DNA of 45,129 nucleotides, from contig NIVC01000005.1 in NCBI GenBank assembly GCA_002269645.1, positions 1 through 45,129 of the forward strand, written 5' to 3'. The notes beneath the pieces were generated by a model, which made no database searches, was not told the DNA's origin, and saw only the letters and a program-made list of their open reading frames with translations. Positions 10,701 to 21,407 of the stretch are shown here, piece by piece (the stretch's first letter is position 1; each line of letters starts with the position of its first letter). The position numbers were made by a program, and so were the translations under genes. The stretch comes from Macrostomum lignano. Taxonomy: Eukaryota.

Positions 10701-13700
10701 ATGAGGAATCTGCAGCTGCGGTAGGGGAGGGCGGGAAACTGCATGAGGAATCTGCAGCTGCGGTAGGGGAGGGCGGGAAACTGCATGAGGAATCTGCAGC
10801 TGCGGTAGGGGAGGGCGGGAAACTGCATGAGGAATCTGCAGCTGCGGTAGGGGAGGGCGGGAAACTGCATGAGGAATCTGCAGCTGCGGTAGGGGAGGGC
10901 GGGAAACTGCATGAGGAATCTGCAGCTGCGGTAGGGAGGGAGGGAAACTGCACCGGCAGGTTAATTTGTTTCATTTTCATTCCGCTGCACAAAACCTGCA
11001 CTGAAGAGGCGGCACACACGCTGAGATTGCGGGCGAGAAGAGGCCTCTAAACCCCCCATTCCCGAAAGCCAGAGGCAGTTGAATGGAGCTCTGAGCAGTC
11101 GACTCAAGTCACAGAGGCCAGGCCGCGTAGAGTTCATAAAGCAAAAAATGCTCAACACAGAGAGAAAGGGCCGATTGAGAGTTTTAGAGACCGGGCCAGG
11201 AGACAAGATAGAGATTGCGCGCAGGCTGCAGCCCCGGGGCCGCTCATGAACGGCCGGGCTGGGGGAGGGCGACAAGTCCGCAAAGTTTATTTTTAGCAAC
11301 TTGTGACGCCAGCGCTGAGTAGTCAGGAGAGGCTGAGAGCGGGGCAGGGCGGGCTGCGCTCTCAGCGCTTCCAAAAACTCCACCGCATCTCAGCGATGGA
11401 GTCAGGGAGAGAGCGAGAGAGGCTGGGTGAGGCTGTTTTAACGACTGGCTCAGCTTTGCCGACCAGAGCAAGCGCAACGAGGTGCTTTTTTGTCACAATA
11501 GGGCAGGCAAAGGGTGAAGAGAAGGGTCGAAAAAAGCTTGAAAGAAATGGCGCCTTCTTCGAGTCAACAGTCTCTGGCTGTCCGATGGGGGGATAGAAGT
11601 GGATGGCCCGAGTGACACTGTTGTAATGTTTGACTCTTGTCTGCGGCAGGCGGCTATCGCTATCAGGCCTGGCGTGGTCATAAATCTTCAGCCTTCTCTG
11701 TTTGCGTCACGCCGCGGGGGGGGGGCACGCAGTTGCACAATGGCCAAAGCGATTCTTGAGTCAATTAAGCTCCGCTGCTCACCTGTGATTCTGCGCCGGT
11801 GCCGGCCGCCCGCCGCCGCTTGTCATCGTCCGAACACTGTCGTACACGGAGCGCAGGGTGTGCAGCACCTGGGCGAACGGCGTCACAATGACCTCGTCGG
11901 ACTGCCTGAAAATGTACAGCGAGCCGCGGCGTGAGGAGGCCAGGGCTGCCGCCGCCGCATCCACGCCCGCCCCGCCGCTGCTGCCGCCGACACTGCCGCT
12001 GCCAGGCCAAGAGCGGCCCGGCAGGTCCGGCAGCTGGTCCTCCTCTTCGTCGGAGTCGGCCGGCGGCAGCGGCTCGATGGCCAGCACGGGCAGCGAGCTC
12101 CCCGCCTGTGGCTGCTGCTGCTGCTGCTGCTGATGCATGTCAGCCTGGGGGGCGCCGCTCTCCAGCATGGAGGCAACTCGCCTTCCCAGGGATCTATTGA
12201 CGGGATTCCAACTGCTGTCTTCTCCTCTCTCCCTTTCTCCCAATTGAATTTGGCAGCCTTGTGAGTCCGGGGGAAAAAAACAGAGCGCGGGAGGCTGAAG
12301 ACAGCGGGACCTCGGGGGTCGGCTTGAAAAGAAAAAAATCTCTGGCGGAGGCGGCCGAGGAAGCGCTGGGTGAGCTGGCTGTGCAGATGAGCTGCAAAGA
12401 CAAGACAAGCCACTGGGGGTTTTGTGCTTTGCTCAGCAATTGTGGACTTAGAGAGAGGGCCGGCTGCCTGTCACTGGATGAGGCTGGAGGGTGGGCGGGG
12501 GTGGCTGCGCAGACTCAGATAGAGAGCTGGCCTGGGCTGAGCTGAGCTGAGCTGGGCTGGGCTGAGCTGGGCTGCATTGGGGCCGTCTATCAGACTGTCG
12601 GGGTTCAGGGAGCCTGAAGATACCTAAAGATGTTCTTAATGTCAGCTGCTTCACTGTGAGAAAGCAATTAAGATTCTTTTTAAAGAGGAAAAGTGAAAGT
12701 TTTAACGAGTCAAAAGTGTCGGGAAGTGTCAGGGGCCAGAAGTCAAAGAATTAAGGGGGAGTAAATGAACGCTTTGAAGCGTCAGAATCAAAAAGGATTA
12801 CGGAGAGTCAAAAAGTCAGAGAGAGAGAGAGAGAGATAGAGAGAGTCAGAGAAGGGTAAGGAATTGGGTAAGGGAGAGTCAGGAGAGTCAGAAAGGGTAA
12901 GGGAGAGTCAGGAGAGTCAGAAAGGGTAAGGGAGAGTCAGGAGAGTCAGAAAGGGTAAGGGAGAGTCAGGAGAGTCAGAAAGGGTAAGGGAGAGTCAGGA
13001 GAGTCAGAAAGGGTAAGGGAGAGTCAGAAACAGTTATAAATAGCCAGAAAGAGTCACAGAGAGAGAGTCTGGAGTAGTCAGAAAAAGTCAGTAAGAGTCA
13101 GTAAGAGTCTGGGAGAGTCAAAGAGAGTCAGAAAGCATCGGAGAAAGTCAGGAACAGTCAGAGAGAGTCAGGAAGAATTAGAGAGAGTCAGGAGTAGTCA
13201 GAGTGAGTCAGGGAGAGTCAGGAAGAGTCAGAGAGAGTCAGGAGTAGTCAGGGTGAGTCAGGGAGAGTCAGGAAGAGTCAGAAAGAGTCAGGAGTAGTCA
13301 GGGTGAGTCAGGGAGAGTCAGGAAGAATTAGAGAGAGTCAGGAGTAGTCAGAGTGAGTCAGGGAGAGTCAGGAAGAGTCAGAGAGAGTTAGGAGTAGTCA
13401 GGGTAAGTCAGGGAGAGTCAGGAAGAGTCAGAGAGAGTCAGGAGTAGTCAGAGTGAGTCAGGGAGAGTCAGGAAGAGTCAGAGAGAGTCAGGAGTAGTCA
13501 GAGTGAGTCAGGGAGAGTCAGGAAGAGTCAGAGAGAGTCAGGAGTAGTCAGAGTGAGTCAGGGAGAGTCAGGAAGAGTCAGAGAGAGTCAGGAGTAGTCA
13601 GGGTGAGTCAGGGAGAGTCAGGAAGAATTAGAGAGAGTCAGGAGTAGTCAGAGTGAGTCAGGGAGAGTCAGGAAGAGTCAGAGAGAGTCAGGAGTAGTCA

Positions 13701-15018
13701 GGGTGAGTCAGGGAGAGTCAGGAAGAGTCAGAGAGAGTCAGGAGTAGTCAGAGGGAGTCAGGGAGAATCAGAGAGAGTCAGAGAGAGAGTCCGTAAGAGT
13801 CCAGGGAGAGTCAGGGAGAGTCCGGAAGAGTCAGAATAACTACCAACAGACCGAGTGAGAGGGAGAGAGAGAAGGAGAGCAGAGAGCGAGGTGCGGGGCA
13901 CCCGTCACGACCGAGCGGTCTCCTCCGAGCGCAATCGATTCCGGGGGGGGGGAATTGATTCCTTCGATCTCCAGCGACTCTCCTTCCCCTGCCCTGCTCA
14001 TCGAGTGCGGAGGGACTCGAAGGCAGAATACAAAAAATACGGGAGGCCTGGCGCCGGGCCAGTCAGAAGTTGCTTCCCGGCTTCCCCAGCTGCAGCACGG
14101 CAGGCTCCACTTGGAATTTGCAATCAGCACTTTCTGAGCTGTGGCTGGGGCTGCATGGGAGCTGGCGCGGGAGAGGCTGAAGTGGCGACCGCCCACCCCG
14201 TCGCACCGCTGTGTTTTAAGGTCACTGGGGTTAAACCGTCTTGAGAGTGAGAGGGGGAGAGAATTGCCAGACTCAGGCGGACCTCAATAGACGCAGAGGG
14301 GCCCCGGCACTCCGCCTCAGCCAGGAATTCTCTCAGCTGCTGCTGGCAAGGGTGTTGCTAAGCTGCACCAACTCTTGTCTCTGCAGGGCTGCTCAATTAG
14401 CTTCTTAATGCGCTCACCGCCTTGTAGATACTACTGGCCTTGCGGACCTGATAGTAGTCTGGCAAGTACATTTACAGCGATGTAAAATATTTGGGACAGC
14501 TGAAGTATTCAACAGTCCACTCGAGAAGGTTGAGGCTTGCTGCCCTTTGTTGTAGAGGGGAAGAGGAAGGTGAAGGAAAGGGGAGAGGAGGGTGAAAAAG
14601 AGGATGAGGAGGAGGGCGAAGGAGAGAGTAGAGGTGAAGAGGAGAGTGAATGGGAGAGTGAAAAGGAGAGTGAAGCAAAGGGCAAATAATAGGGTAAAGA
14701 GGAAGTTAAAGAGGAGGGTAAAGAGAGGCGAAGAAAAATTTGCTATTTTCTGTGCAAATCTGCACTACTGACATACACAGTAAATGAGTAGTGCAAAAAG
14801 CGCATGAGAACCGAAATCAAATAGAAATTGGTGGGCCTCACTGATCGCTGGCCAAGGAGGAGTGCCGGGATGAGCGGCCGGACACGTCAAAGTCTGAGTC
14901 GGACCGGTACAGGAAGGACTCGCGCCGCAGGTGTGGCAGATGATGAAGCACCAAGGCCGCATGTCCGGGAAGCTGGGCCTGCTGCTGATGCTGGGACTGC
15001 TGCAAATTCTCCTCGAAG
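4158..15018 (-). CDS. PDE4: PDE4/dunce-family cAMP phosphodiesterase, common core: join(15018-14842,11905-11783,10250-10219,9576-9461,9376-9271,8798-8410,8059-7795,4789-4158), ~612 aa
   Basis: UCR1 [12 protein letters not shown] and IVTPFAQVL; UCR2 [20 protein letters not shown]; catalytic [45 protein letters not shown]; all introns GT-AG with phases 2,2,1,0,1,0,1 joining into one open frame. Confidence 0.95.
4842..5480. repeat. 22-bp intronic minisatellite CATGATGTCAGAAGGATCTGGT, ~29 copies
   Basis: Direct periodicity. Confidence 0.95.
5594..5860. repeat. 22-bp minisatellite GGTCTAATCAAGGTGTCAGGAT, ~12 copies
   Basis: Direct periodicity; shares TGTCAG/GGAT/GGTC with the neighbouring array. 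Confidence 0.9.
5862..6053 (+). repeat. 5' LTR (TGTA...TACA, ~192 bp) with CCAAT and AATAAA, followed by PBS-like TGGCATCGC at 6055
   Basis: Terminal TGTA/TACA; TGG 1 nt after the LTR end; gag ATG at 6075. Confidence 0.75.
6075..7620 (+). pseudogene. Gypsy gag-protease, frameshifted, truncated and interrupted by a 26-bp array
   Basis: KWEEW..RVKRF..ASGI; LLYVGG; [10 protein letters not shown]; RDQIVAG; [14 protein letters not shown] zinc knuckle; [12 protein letters not shown] protease-like motif. Confidence 0.85.
6297..6924. repeat. 26-bp minisatellite GGCATTCAGGACTCACTACAGCGACA, ~24 near-identical copies inside gag
   Basis: Direct periodicity; collapsing to one unit restores gag ..[20 protein letters not shown]. 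Confidence 0.97.
7623..7778 (-). repeat. Inverted, truncated LTR copy (U3-R-like part)
   Basis: Reverse complement aligns to 5862-~5990 with ~7 substitutions, a ~17-nt gap and a 42-nt extra segment. Confidence 0.9.
7795..8059 (-). CDS. PDE4: PDE4 catalytic exon KRDFFNKF...QFLINT
   Basis: gtcctgcag| and |gtgagt; contains the YHN and HD metal ligands. Confidence 0.95.
8097..8310. repeat. 31-bp intronic minisatellite TGTGTCAGTTCCCGTGACCCATTGGGAGAAT, ~7 copies
   Basis: Direct periodicity. Confidence 0.95.
8410..8798 (-). CDS. PDE4: PDE4 exon (LR2 linker and start of catalytic domain, ..[23 protein letters not shown])
   Basis: gacacag| and |gtgagc; 389 nt, phase 1 to 0. Confidence 0.9.
8885..9227. 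repeat. 10/12-bp GTGTCAGATC(CT/AT)GT array
   Basis: Direct periodicity; degenerate CTGAC units continue to the acceptor. Confidence 0.9.
9271..9376 (-). CDS. PDE4: PDE4 UCR2 exon FKKMLKIEL...YITSTFL
   Basis: ttttcag| and |gtgagc; homologous to FKRMLNREL..FISNTFL. Confidence 0.95.
9461..9576 (-). CDS. PDE4: PDE4 UCR2 exon [29 protein letters not shown]
   Basis: attgcag| and |gtgagg. Confidence 0.95.
9613..9910. repeat. 17-bp minisatellite AGCAGGGGATCTGTGAG, ~17 copies
   Basis: Direct periodicity. Confidence 0.95.
10219..10250 (-). CDS. PDE4: PDE4 32-nt microexon (LR1, [10 protein letters not shown])
   Basis: gaattttcag| and |gtaagc; its length converts phase 2 to phase 1 as the flanking exons require. 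Confidence 0.8.
10283..10950. repeat. 41/42-bp minisatellite GCATGAGGAATCTGCAGCTGCGGTAGG(G)GAGGGCGGGAAACT, ~16 copies
   Basis: Direct periodicity. Confidence 0.95.
11783..11905 (-). CDS. PDE4: PDE4 UCR1 C-half exon [14 protein letters not shown]..
   Basis: cattttcag| and |gtgagc; 123 nt, phase 2-2. Confidence 0.92.
11906..12168 (-). CDS. PDE4: Candidate alternative N-terminus contiguous with the UCR1 C-half exon (MLESGAP..poly[12 protein letters not shown])
   Basis: Open frame from ATG 12168 reads through the 11905 acceptor; GC-rich, coding-like composition. Confidence 0.55.
12825..13835. repeat. GAGAGTCAG-type array: 29-bp units, then a 50-bp higher-order repeat of five 10-mers
   Basis: GAGTGAGTCA GGGAGAGTCA GGAAGAGTCA GAGAGAGTCA GGAGTAGTCA repeated ~11 times. 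Confidence 0.92.
13844..14001 (-). CDS. Weak candidate alternative first exon ([13 protein letters not shown])
   Basis: ATG-open frame ending in phase 2 at a weak |gtagtt donor, compatible with the 11905 acceptor. Confidence 0.3.
14842..15018 (-). CDS. PDE4: PDE4 first common long-form exon [22 protein letters not shown]
   Basis: ttttcaccccgcag| and |gtgagg; canonical UCR1 PKA site. Confidence 0.93.
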
Positions 15019-15624
15019 CTGCGGGGTGAAAATTCGATACTCGGTACTTGAGAGAGGCGGTTTGAGCTCACTCGATCTCCCATCGCGCTCCGCCTCTGCC
15101 TCATCCTCCCAGAATCCGGATGGAGTCGGTTTGATGAGGCAGACCGCCCCCTGCCCAGCCTCCGCCATTAGCGCTGAGGGGGGTTGTCCATGTGAATCGG
15201 ACGCAGAGAATTTACTGCAATCGGAGCGGCCGAAATTTTAAAGCATCCCCGGAACTGCCCGACTGCAGCTTGTCAGCTGGGTGGCCCCGGGCGTCGCTGC
15301 CCCTGCCTGTTTTATTGCATTTTACAGTGGGATTTCAACCAGCAGCCACCGAGTTCCCCATACTCCAGCCAGTGTCAGGTCGATCTTTTTTAGCAGAAAA
15401 TATCTCTCCAAGCTTTCGGGAAAAGATTCTGCAACACTGAAAGTGGAAAGTCTCTGCGATTTGCATAGTGAAATCCCCCAGAAGCCCCGCATGCTGCCTG
15501 CGAGTTGAGCAGGTCAGGGAGAGGATTTTAATTGGCTTCAGCTGGCCTGCGCACTGCCGACATCAGCCTGGCTTTGCTTCATTAAGCCCCATGGGACCTG
15601 GATACCCTCTGATAGGGTCACTCG

Positions 15625-15764
15625 GATGTGACAAGAGAGAGTGCTCTTCAGAGAGTCACTCACCTGCAGGTGTGACAAGAGACAGTGCTCTTCAGAGAGT
15701 CACTCACCTGCAGGTGTGACAAGAGACAGTGCTCTTCAGAGAGTCACTCACCTGCAGGTATGAC

Positions 15765-15839
<75 letters not shown>

Positions 15840-16165
15840 CTCAGAGTCACTCACCAGCAGGTGTGACAAGAAAGAGAGAGAGAGAGAGTGCTCTTCAGAG
15901 AGTCACTCACAGCAGGTGTGACAGGAAAGAGAGAGAGAGTGCTCTTCAGAGAGTCACTCACCAGCAGGTGTGCCAAGAAAGAGAGAGAGAGAGCGTGAGT
16001 GCTCTTCAGAGAGTCACTCACCAGCAGGTGTGACAAGAAAGAGAGAGAGAGTGCGAGAGTGCTCTTCTGAGAGTCACTCACCAGCAGGTGTGACAGGAAA
16101 GAGAGAGAGAGAGAGAGAGAGCGAGAGTGCTCTTCAGAGAGTCACTCACCAGCAGGTGTGACAAG
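15625..16165. repeat. Variable-length array duplicating an exon/intron junction; 9 GTGAGT donors on the minus strand, with (GA)n inserts
   Basis: Minus-strand unit CTTGTCACACCTGC(T/A)G-GTGAGTGACTCTCTGAAGAGCAC-(TC)n. Confidence 0.92.
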
Positions 16166-16529
16166 AGTGCCTCCTGCCGCCAGGACACGGTAGATGTGGC
16201 GCCTGCACCCCCTCCCGATGCCCGGCTGTCTCAGCAGCCGCCGCCGCCACGGACCTGCAGTGCGGCTCAAAGCGAACCCGCCGTGGCCCAGTCAGGCCGG
16301 CCAAGTCCGCCTGGCCAGCGCTTGCCGCAGCGGTTCGCGACAGCATCTGCCAGTCCTGACGTTGTGATTGATGCGGCTGAGCCAGGATGCTGGTTATCTG
16401 ATCCGGCCGCTGTCTCCAAGTCTTGTCTTCCTTTTGTATCGCCCTGCCACAGCCCCCGCTTCCGCTATCGCCCCCGCAGCCTCCCCGCCACCCCTGCCCG
16501 CCCAGGCCGCTGCACAGCCGCTCCGCCAT
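16150..16529 (-). CDS. PDE4: Candidate PDE4 alternative first exon (MAERLCSG..RRVRF..RRHSCHTC)
   Basis: ATG, 380 nt (phase 2), |gtgagt donor. Confidence 0.65.
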
Positions 16530-17054
16530 TGGGCAGACGGGGCTGCGACTCGCTCAATTTTTGACTGGGGAGCCGGGGAGTCCCGGCTGCTGCTGCTGCT
16601 GCTGCTGCGGGTGCTGCTGCTGCGGGTGCTGCTGCTGCGGGTGCAAACCCGGCAGAGAAGGAAACCGGAGCCAGAGCCTCTCCCGTTTCGCTGCTCTTCT
16701 TAGCCCCCTTATTTTCTTTTACATCTTGGAAGAGGCGGAGGAGGAGGTGAGAAATTGTATGGGGGATCCTGCGAGACTTGCAGGCTGAGTTGCTGCTCGC
16801 AGAGCAAGCAGAGAGCGACGACTGAGTAGCGGAGGGCGCGGCGCCACTTCGCTAAACACGGGGCCTTCAGCCGTGCTGCTCTCATTAATGTTTAATCATG
16901 ACTATTAATTAAGCTGGCTCAGCTCAGCGACTCCCCTCCCTGAGCAGTCGGATGCCAAAATGGCAGCCGCAGCCTCCTGAAACAACAAACTGTTGGGCCA
17001 GCGCGATAATCCGCTGCGAAATCCCGGTGGATCTGCCTTCAATCAGATCCTCAC

Positions 17055-17290
17055 CCGAGGGATTCCCTGGGGCTTCTTAAATAGAAATGCCAATAGTCGC
17101 AGGCAGCTACTGCGCAGTAGCGAACTAAGAAATTCGTTAGATTAAGGGCTGGTTCCAACCAAGGATGACCGCGAGCTGAACTCTTTGGAGGATTTGAGCG
17201 TTTGCTCAAACTCTGCTTGAGAACAGAAGTAAGCCTTCGACAGAGCATTGAAGCCCAGCTCGGAGAAAAAGAGTCACCAGAGGGAGACAT
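17055..17290 (-). CDS. PDE4: Candidate PDE4 alternative first exon (MSPSGDSF..SPRESL)
   Basis: ATG, 236 nt (phase 2), |gtgagg donor. Confidence 0.55.
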
Positions 17291-17334
17291 GGGGACGTTT
17301 ATTTAATGGAGACCAGAGTGGGTGAACAGGAGGG

Positions 17335-18550
17335 GTAAAGACGAGTGGAAAGAGAGGGGAGGAGGGGAGAGAGCAGGGGACAGGGGGAGAGGAGGAAAGA
17401 TGAGGGGAGATGGGGTAGAGGAGGGGAGAGGAGGGGAGAGGAGGGCAGAGGAGGGGAGAGGAGGGCAGAGGAGGGGAGAGGAGGGCAGAGGAGGCAGAGG
17501 AGGGGAGAGGAGGGAGAGGAGGGAGAGGAGGGGAGAGGAGGGCAGAGGAGGGGAGAGGAGGGGGAGGAGGGGAGAGGAGGCAGAGGAGGTAGAGGAGAGT
17601 AGAGGAGGGGAGAGGAGGGAAGATGAGGGGAGATGAGGGTAGAGGACGGGAGAGGAAGGTAGAGGAGAGTAGAGAAGGGGAGAGGAGGGAAGATGAGGGG
17701 AGATGAGGGTAGAGGACGGGAGAGGAAGGTAGAGGAGAGTAGAGGAGGGGAGAGGAGGGTAGAGGAGGGGAGAGGGGGGCAGAGGAGGGAAGAGGAAGGT
17801 AGAGGAGAGTAGAGGAGGGGAGAGGAGTGCAGAGGAGGGAGAGGAAGGTAGAGTAGGGTAGAGGAGGGGAGAGGAGGGGAGAGGATGGGAGAGGAAGGTA
17901 GAGTAGGGTAGACGAGGGGAGAGGAGGGGAGAGGATGGGAGAGGAAGGTAGAGTAGGGTAGACGAGGGGAGAGGAGGGAGAGGATGGGAGAGGAAGGTAG
18001 AGTAGGGTAGACGAGGGGAGAGGAGGGAGAGGAGGAAGAGGAGGGTAAACTGGCAGGTGTAAATGAGGTCAGAATGATGAAGAGGAGAGTGAAGTGGAAG
18101 GTGAAGAGGGGGGTGAAAATGAGAATGGAGAGGAGGGTAGAGAGGATGGTGGAGAGAGGGTGGAGGGAGGGTGAAGAGGAGGGTGGAGAGGAGGGTGGAG
18201 AGGAGGGTGGAGAGGAGGGTGAGAGGAGGGTAGAGAGATGGTGGAGAGGAGGGTGAGAGAAGGGTGGAGAGGAGGGTGGAGAGGAGGGTGGAGAGGAGGG
18301 TGGAGAGGAGGGTGGAGAGGAGGGTAGAGAGGAGGGTGGAGAGGAGGGTAGAGAGGAGGGTAGAGAGGAGGGTGGAGAGGAGGGTGGAGAGGAGGGTAGA
18401 GAGGAGGGTAGAGAGGAGGGTAGAGAGGAGGGAGAGGAGGGTGAGAGGAGGGTGAGAGGAGGGTAAGAGAGAGAGGGTGAGAGGAGGGTAGAGAGGATGG
18501 TGAGAGAGGAGGGTAGAGAGGAGGGTGGAGAGGAGGTGGAGAGGAGGGTG
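17335..18550. repeat. Polypurine (GAGGAGGG-type) low-complexity tract
   Basis: Almost purely G/A on the plus strand, with 12-15 bp sub-periods. Confidence 0.95.
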
Positions 18551-19009
18551 AAAATGAATCAAAAGCGCACAGAGCACAAGCAGCCGTGATTGCAGGCTAA
18601 ATGCAGGCCCAGAGCTGCTTGCTCAATTGCGCTCTATTCAAGTGGAGCTGTAGGACTGTTTTGCAACAGAAGATTGGTTTGACCAATTTATCCCAGAAGC
18701 AGCTGGATATCGGCTCCGGATTGGCATCTAGCATCATCTTGTTATCCACCCAGAAGCTGCTCTCGTCTCCTATTTTCCAAATTGGATATTGACGGCATCA
18801 GTTAGCCACAGGACCACCTGAGTAGGGACTGGTTTGAGAGCAGATCGTTTCCTCCGATGTGAATAAATATTTAGACACTTGGGACCTCTCTACTTCCAGT
18901 AGGCAATGCACGAAGATTAGACATAGGATTATTTTTGCAATGGATGACCAAATATTTGGGAGGGTTGATCAGCGAAGGTGTGAGAGAAAGACAGAGTCAA
19001 TCTACCCCC

Positions 19010-20790
19010 AACCATGTTGGCTAGATTAGCAATCCATCCAAATCCCACAATCTAGATTAGCAATCCATCCAAATCCTCCATTCCATGTTGGCTAGATTAG
19101 CAATCCATCCAAATCCCACAATCGATGTTGGCTAGATTAGCAATCAGCTCTATTCCTTCACCCAAGTTGGCCAGATTAGCAATCCATTCTATTCCTTCAC
19201 CCAAGTTGGCTAGATTAGCAATCCGCTCTATTCCTTCACCCATGTTGGCTAGATTAGCAATCCGCTCTATTCCTTCACCCAAGTTGGCTAGATTAGCAAT
19301 CCGCTCTATTCCTTCACCCATGTTGGCTAGATTAGCAATCCGCTCTATTCCTTCACCCATGTTGGCTAGATTAGCAATCCGCTCTATTCCTTCACCCAAG
19401 TTGGCTAGATTAGCAATCCGCTCTATTCCTTCACCCATGTTGGCTAGATTAGCAATCCGCTCTATTCCTTCACCCATGTTGGCTAGATTAGCAATCCGCT
19501 CTATTCCTTCACCCAAGTTGGCTAGATTAGCAATCCACTCTATTCCTTCATCCAAGTTGGCTAGATTAGCAATCCACTCTATTCCTTCACCCATGTTGGC
19601 TAGATTAGCAATCCGCTCTATTCCTTCACCCAAGTTGGCTAGATTAGCAATCAGCTCTATTCCTTCACCCATGTTGGCTAGATTAGCAATCCACTCTATT
19701 CCTTCACCCATGTTGGCTAGATTAGCAATCCACTCTATTCCTTCACCCATGTTGGCTAGATTAGCAATCCACTCTATTCCTTCACCCAAGTTGGCTAGAT
19801 TAGCAATCCACTCTATTCCTTCACCCATGTTGGCTAGATTAGCAATCCACTCTATTCCTTCACCCATGTTGGCTAGATTAGCAATCCACTCTATTCCTTT
19901 ACCCATGTTGGCTAGATTAGCAATCCACTCTATTCCTTCACCCATGTTGGCTAGATTAGCAATCCGCTCTATTCCTTCACCCAAGTTGGCTAGATTAGCA
20001 ATCAGCTCTATTCCTTCACCCAAGTTGGCTAGATTAGCAATCCGCTCTATTCCTTCACCCAAGTTGGCTAGATTAGCAATCCACTCTATTCCTTTACCCA
20101 TGTTGGCTAGATTAGCAATCCGCTCTATTCCTTCACCCATGTTGGCTAGATTAGCAAACCACTCTATTCCTTTACCCATGTTGGCTAGATTAGCAATCCG
20201 CTCTATTCCTTCACCCATGTTGGCTAGATTAGCAATCCACTCTATTCCTTTACCCATGTTGGCTAGATTAGCAATCCGCTCTATTCCTTCACCCATGTTG
20301 GCTAGATTAGCAATCAGCTCTATTCCTTCACCCATGTTGGCTAGATTAGCAATCCACTCTATTCCTTCACCCATGTTGGCTAGATTAGCAATCCGCTCTA
20401 TTCCTTCATCCATGTTGGCTAGATTAGCAATCCACTCTATTCCTTCACCCATGTTGGCTAGATTAGCAATCCGCTCTATTCCTTCACCCATGTTGGCTAG
20501 ATTAGCAATCCGCTCTATTCCTTCACCCATGTTGGCTAGATTAGCAATCCGCTCTATTCCTTCATCCATGTTGGCTAGATTAGCAATCCGCTCTATTCCT
20601 TCACCCATGTTGGCTAGATTAGCAATCCGCTCTATTCCTTCACCCATGTTGGCTAGATTAGCAATCCGCTCTATTCCTTCACCCAAGTTGGCTAGATTAG
20701 CAATCAGCTCTATTCCTTCACCCATGTTGGCTAGATTAGCAATCCATTCTATTCCTTCATCCATGTTGGCTAGATTAGCAATCCACTCCA
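19010..20790. repeat. 39-bp minisatellite CTATTCCTTCACCCA(T/A)GTTGGCTAGATTAGCAATCC(G/A)CT, ~44 copies
   Basis: Direct periodicity. Confidence 0.97.
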
Positions 20791-21407
20791 GTTCTTCAGC
20801 GCACATGCAGTGGCAAAGTTCATCAGCAGCAAATCTGGGTCCTTGGACTGTGCGCTGCTTTTGTGCAGCCCACTACTGCACAACGAACTGCAGCAGGGCA
20901 CTGCATCGTAGCTCCTCCTCTTCCCCTTAGCTTGCGCCGAGATGAAGCCGGTCAGCTCGGGTCCGCGGCACGCCCTCCCCTCCCCTCGCCGCCGTCTCGG
21001 ATCTCTCATTCCGCATTGCCGCAGTCCGCAATTGCCAAATCAATGCGGCATTTTGCCTGCCGAGCCTCGGCACTTAACTGCTCTCGGCCGCTGTGCCCCC
21101 CCCCCGCTGTGCCCCCCGCTGTGCCTCCCGCTGTGCCTCCCGCTGTACCCCCCCCCCCACCGTAAGCTGAGACAGGCTCGGCCAGCTCTGCGGTCACCAG
21201 TTTCGAGCAGAAGCACATCTGGGGCAATCGCTCGGGATGAAATTTGCCCTATTAATTATTCAGGAGCTCTCAGGAATCGGCAATCAAGCTGCCAATGTGA
21301 CACTGGCAGATTGATTAGATAAGTGACCGGTTCTGGGATGACCTGGTATAGCTTATCATTAATATCGTTGAAGCACGAATGCAAGTGCAACGAGCTCTTG
21401 TTTAAAA

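Noticed and set aside
17303-18577. 424-aa Leu/Ser/Pro-rich ORF
   Set aside because: Translation of a polypyrimidine low-complexity tract; no true start context
19097-20930. 569-aa and 601-aa ORFs on opposite strands (MGEGIEWIANLAN / MLARLAIRSIPSP repeats)
   Set aside because: The 39-bp unit is stop-free and divisible by 3; unit variants are non-synonymous (W/R/L, M/L, E/K, G/D), which argues against coding constraint
20770-21009. Exon candidate before the 39-bp array
   Set aside because: In the 79-aa frame the GT donors I found are phase 1; the phase-2 option gives only MCAEEL(D) with a weak GTGGAT donor, so it is unresolved
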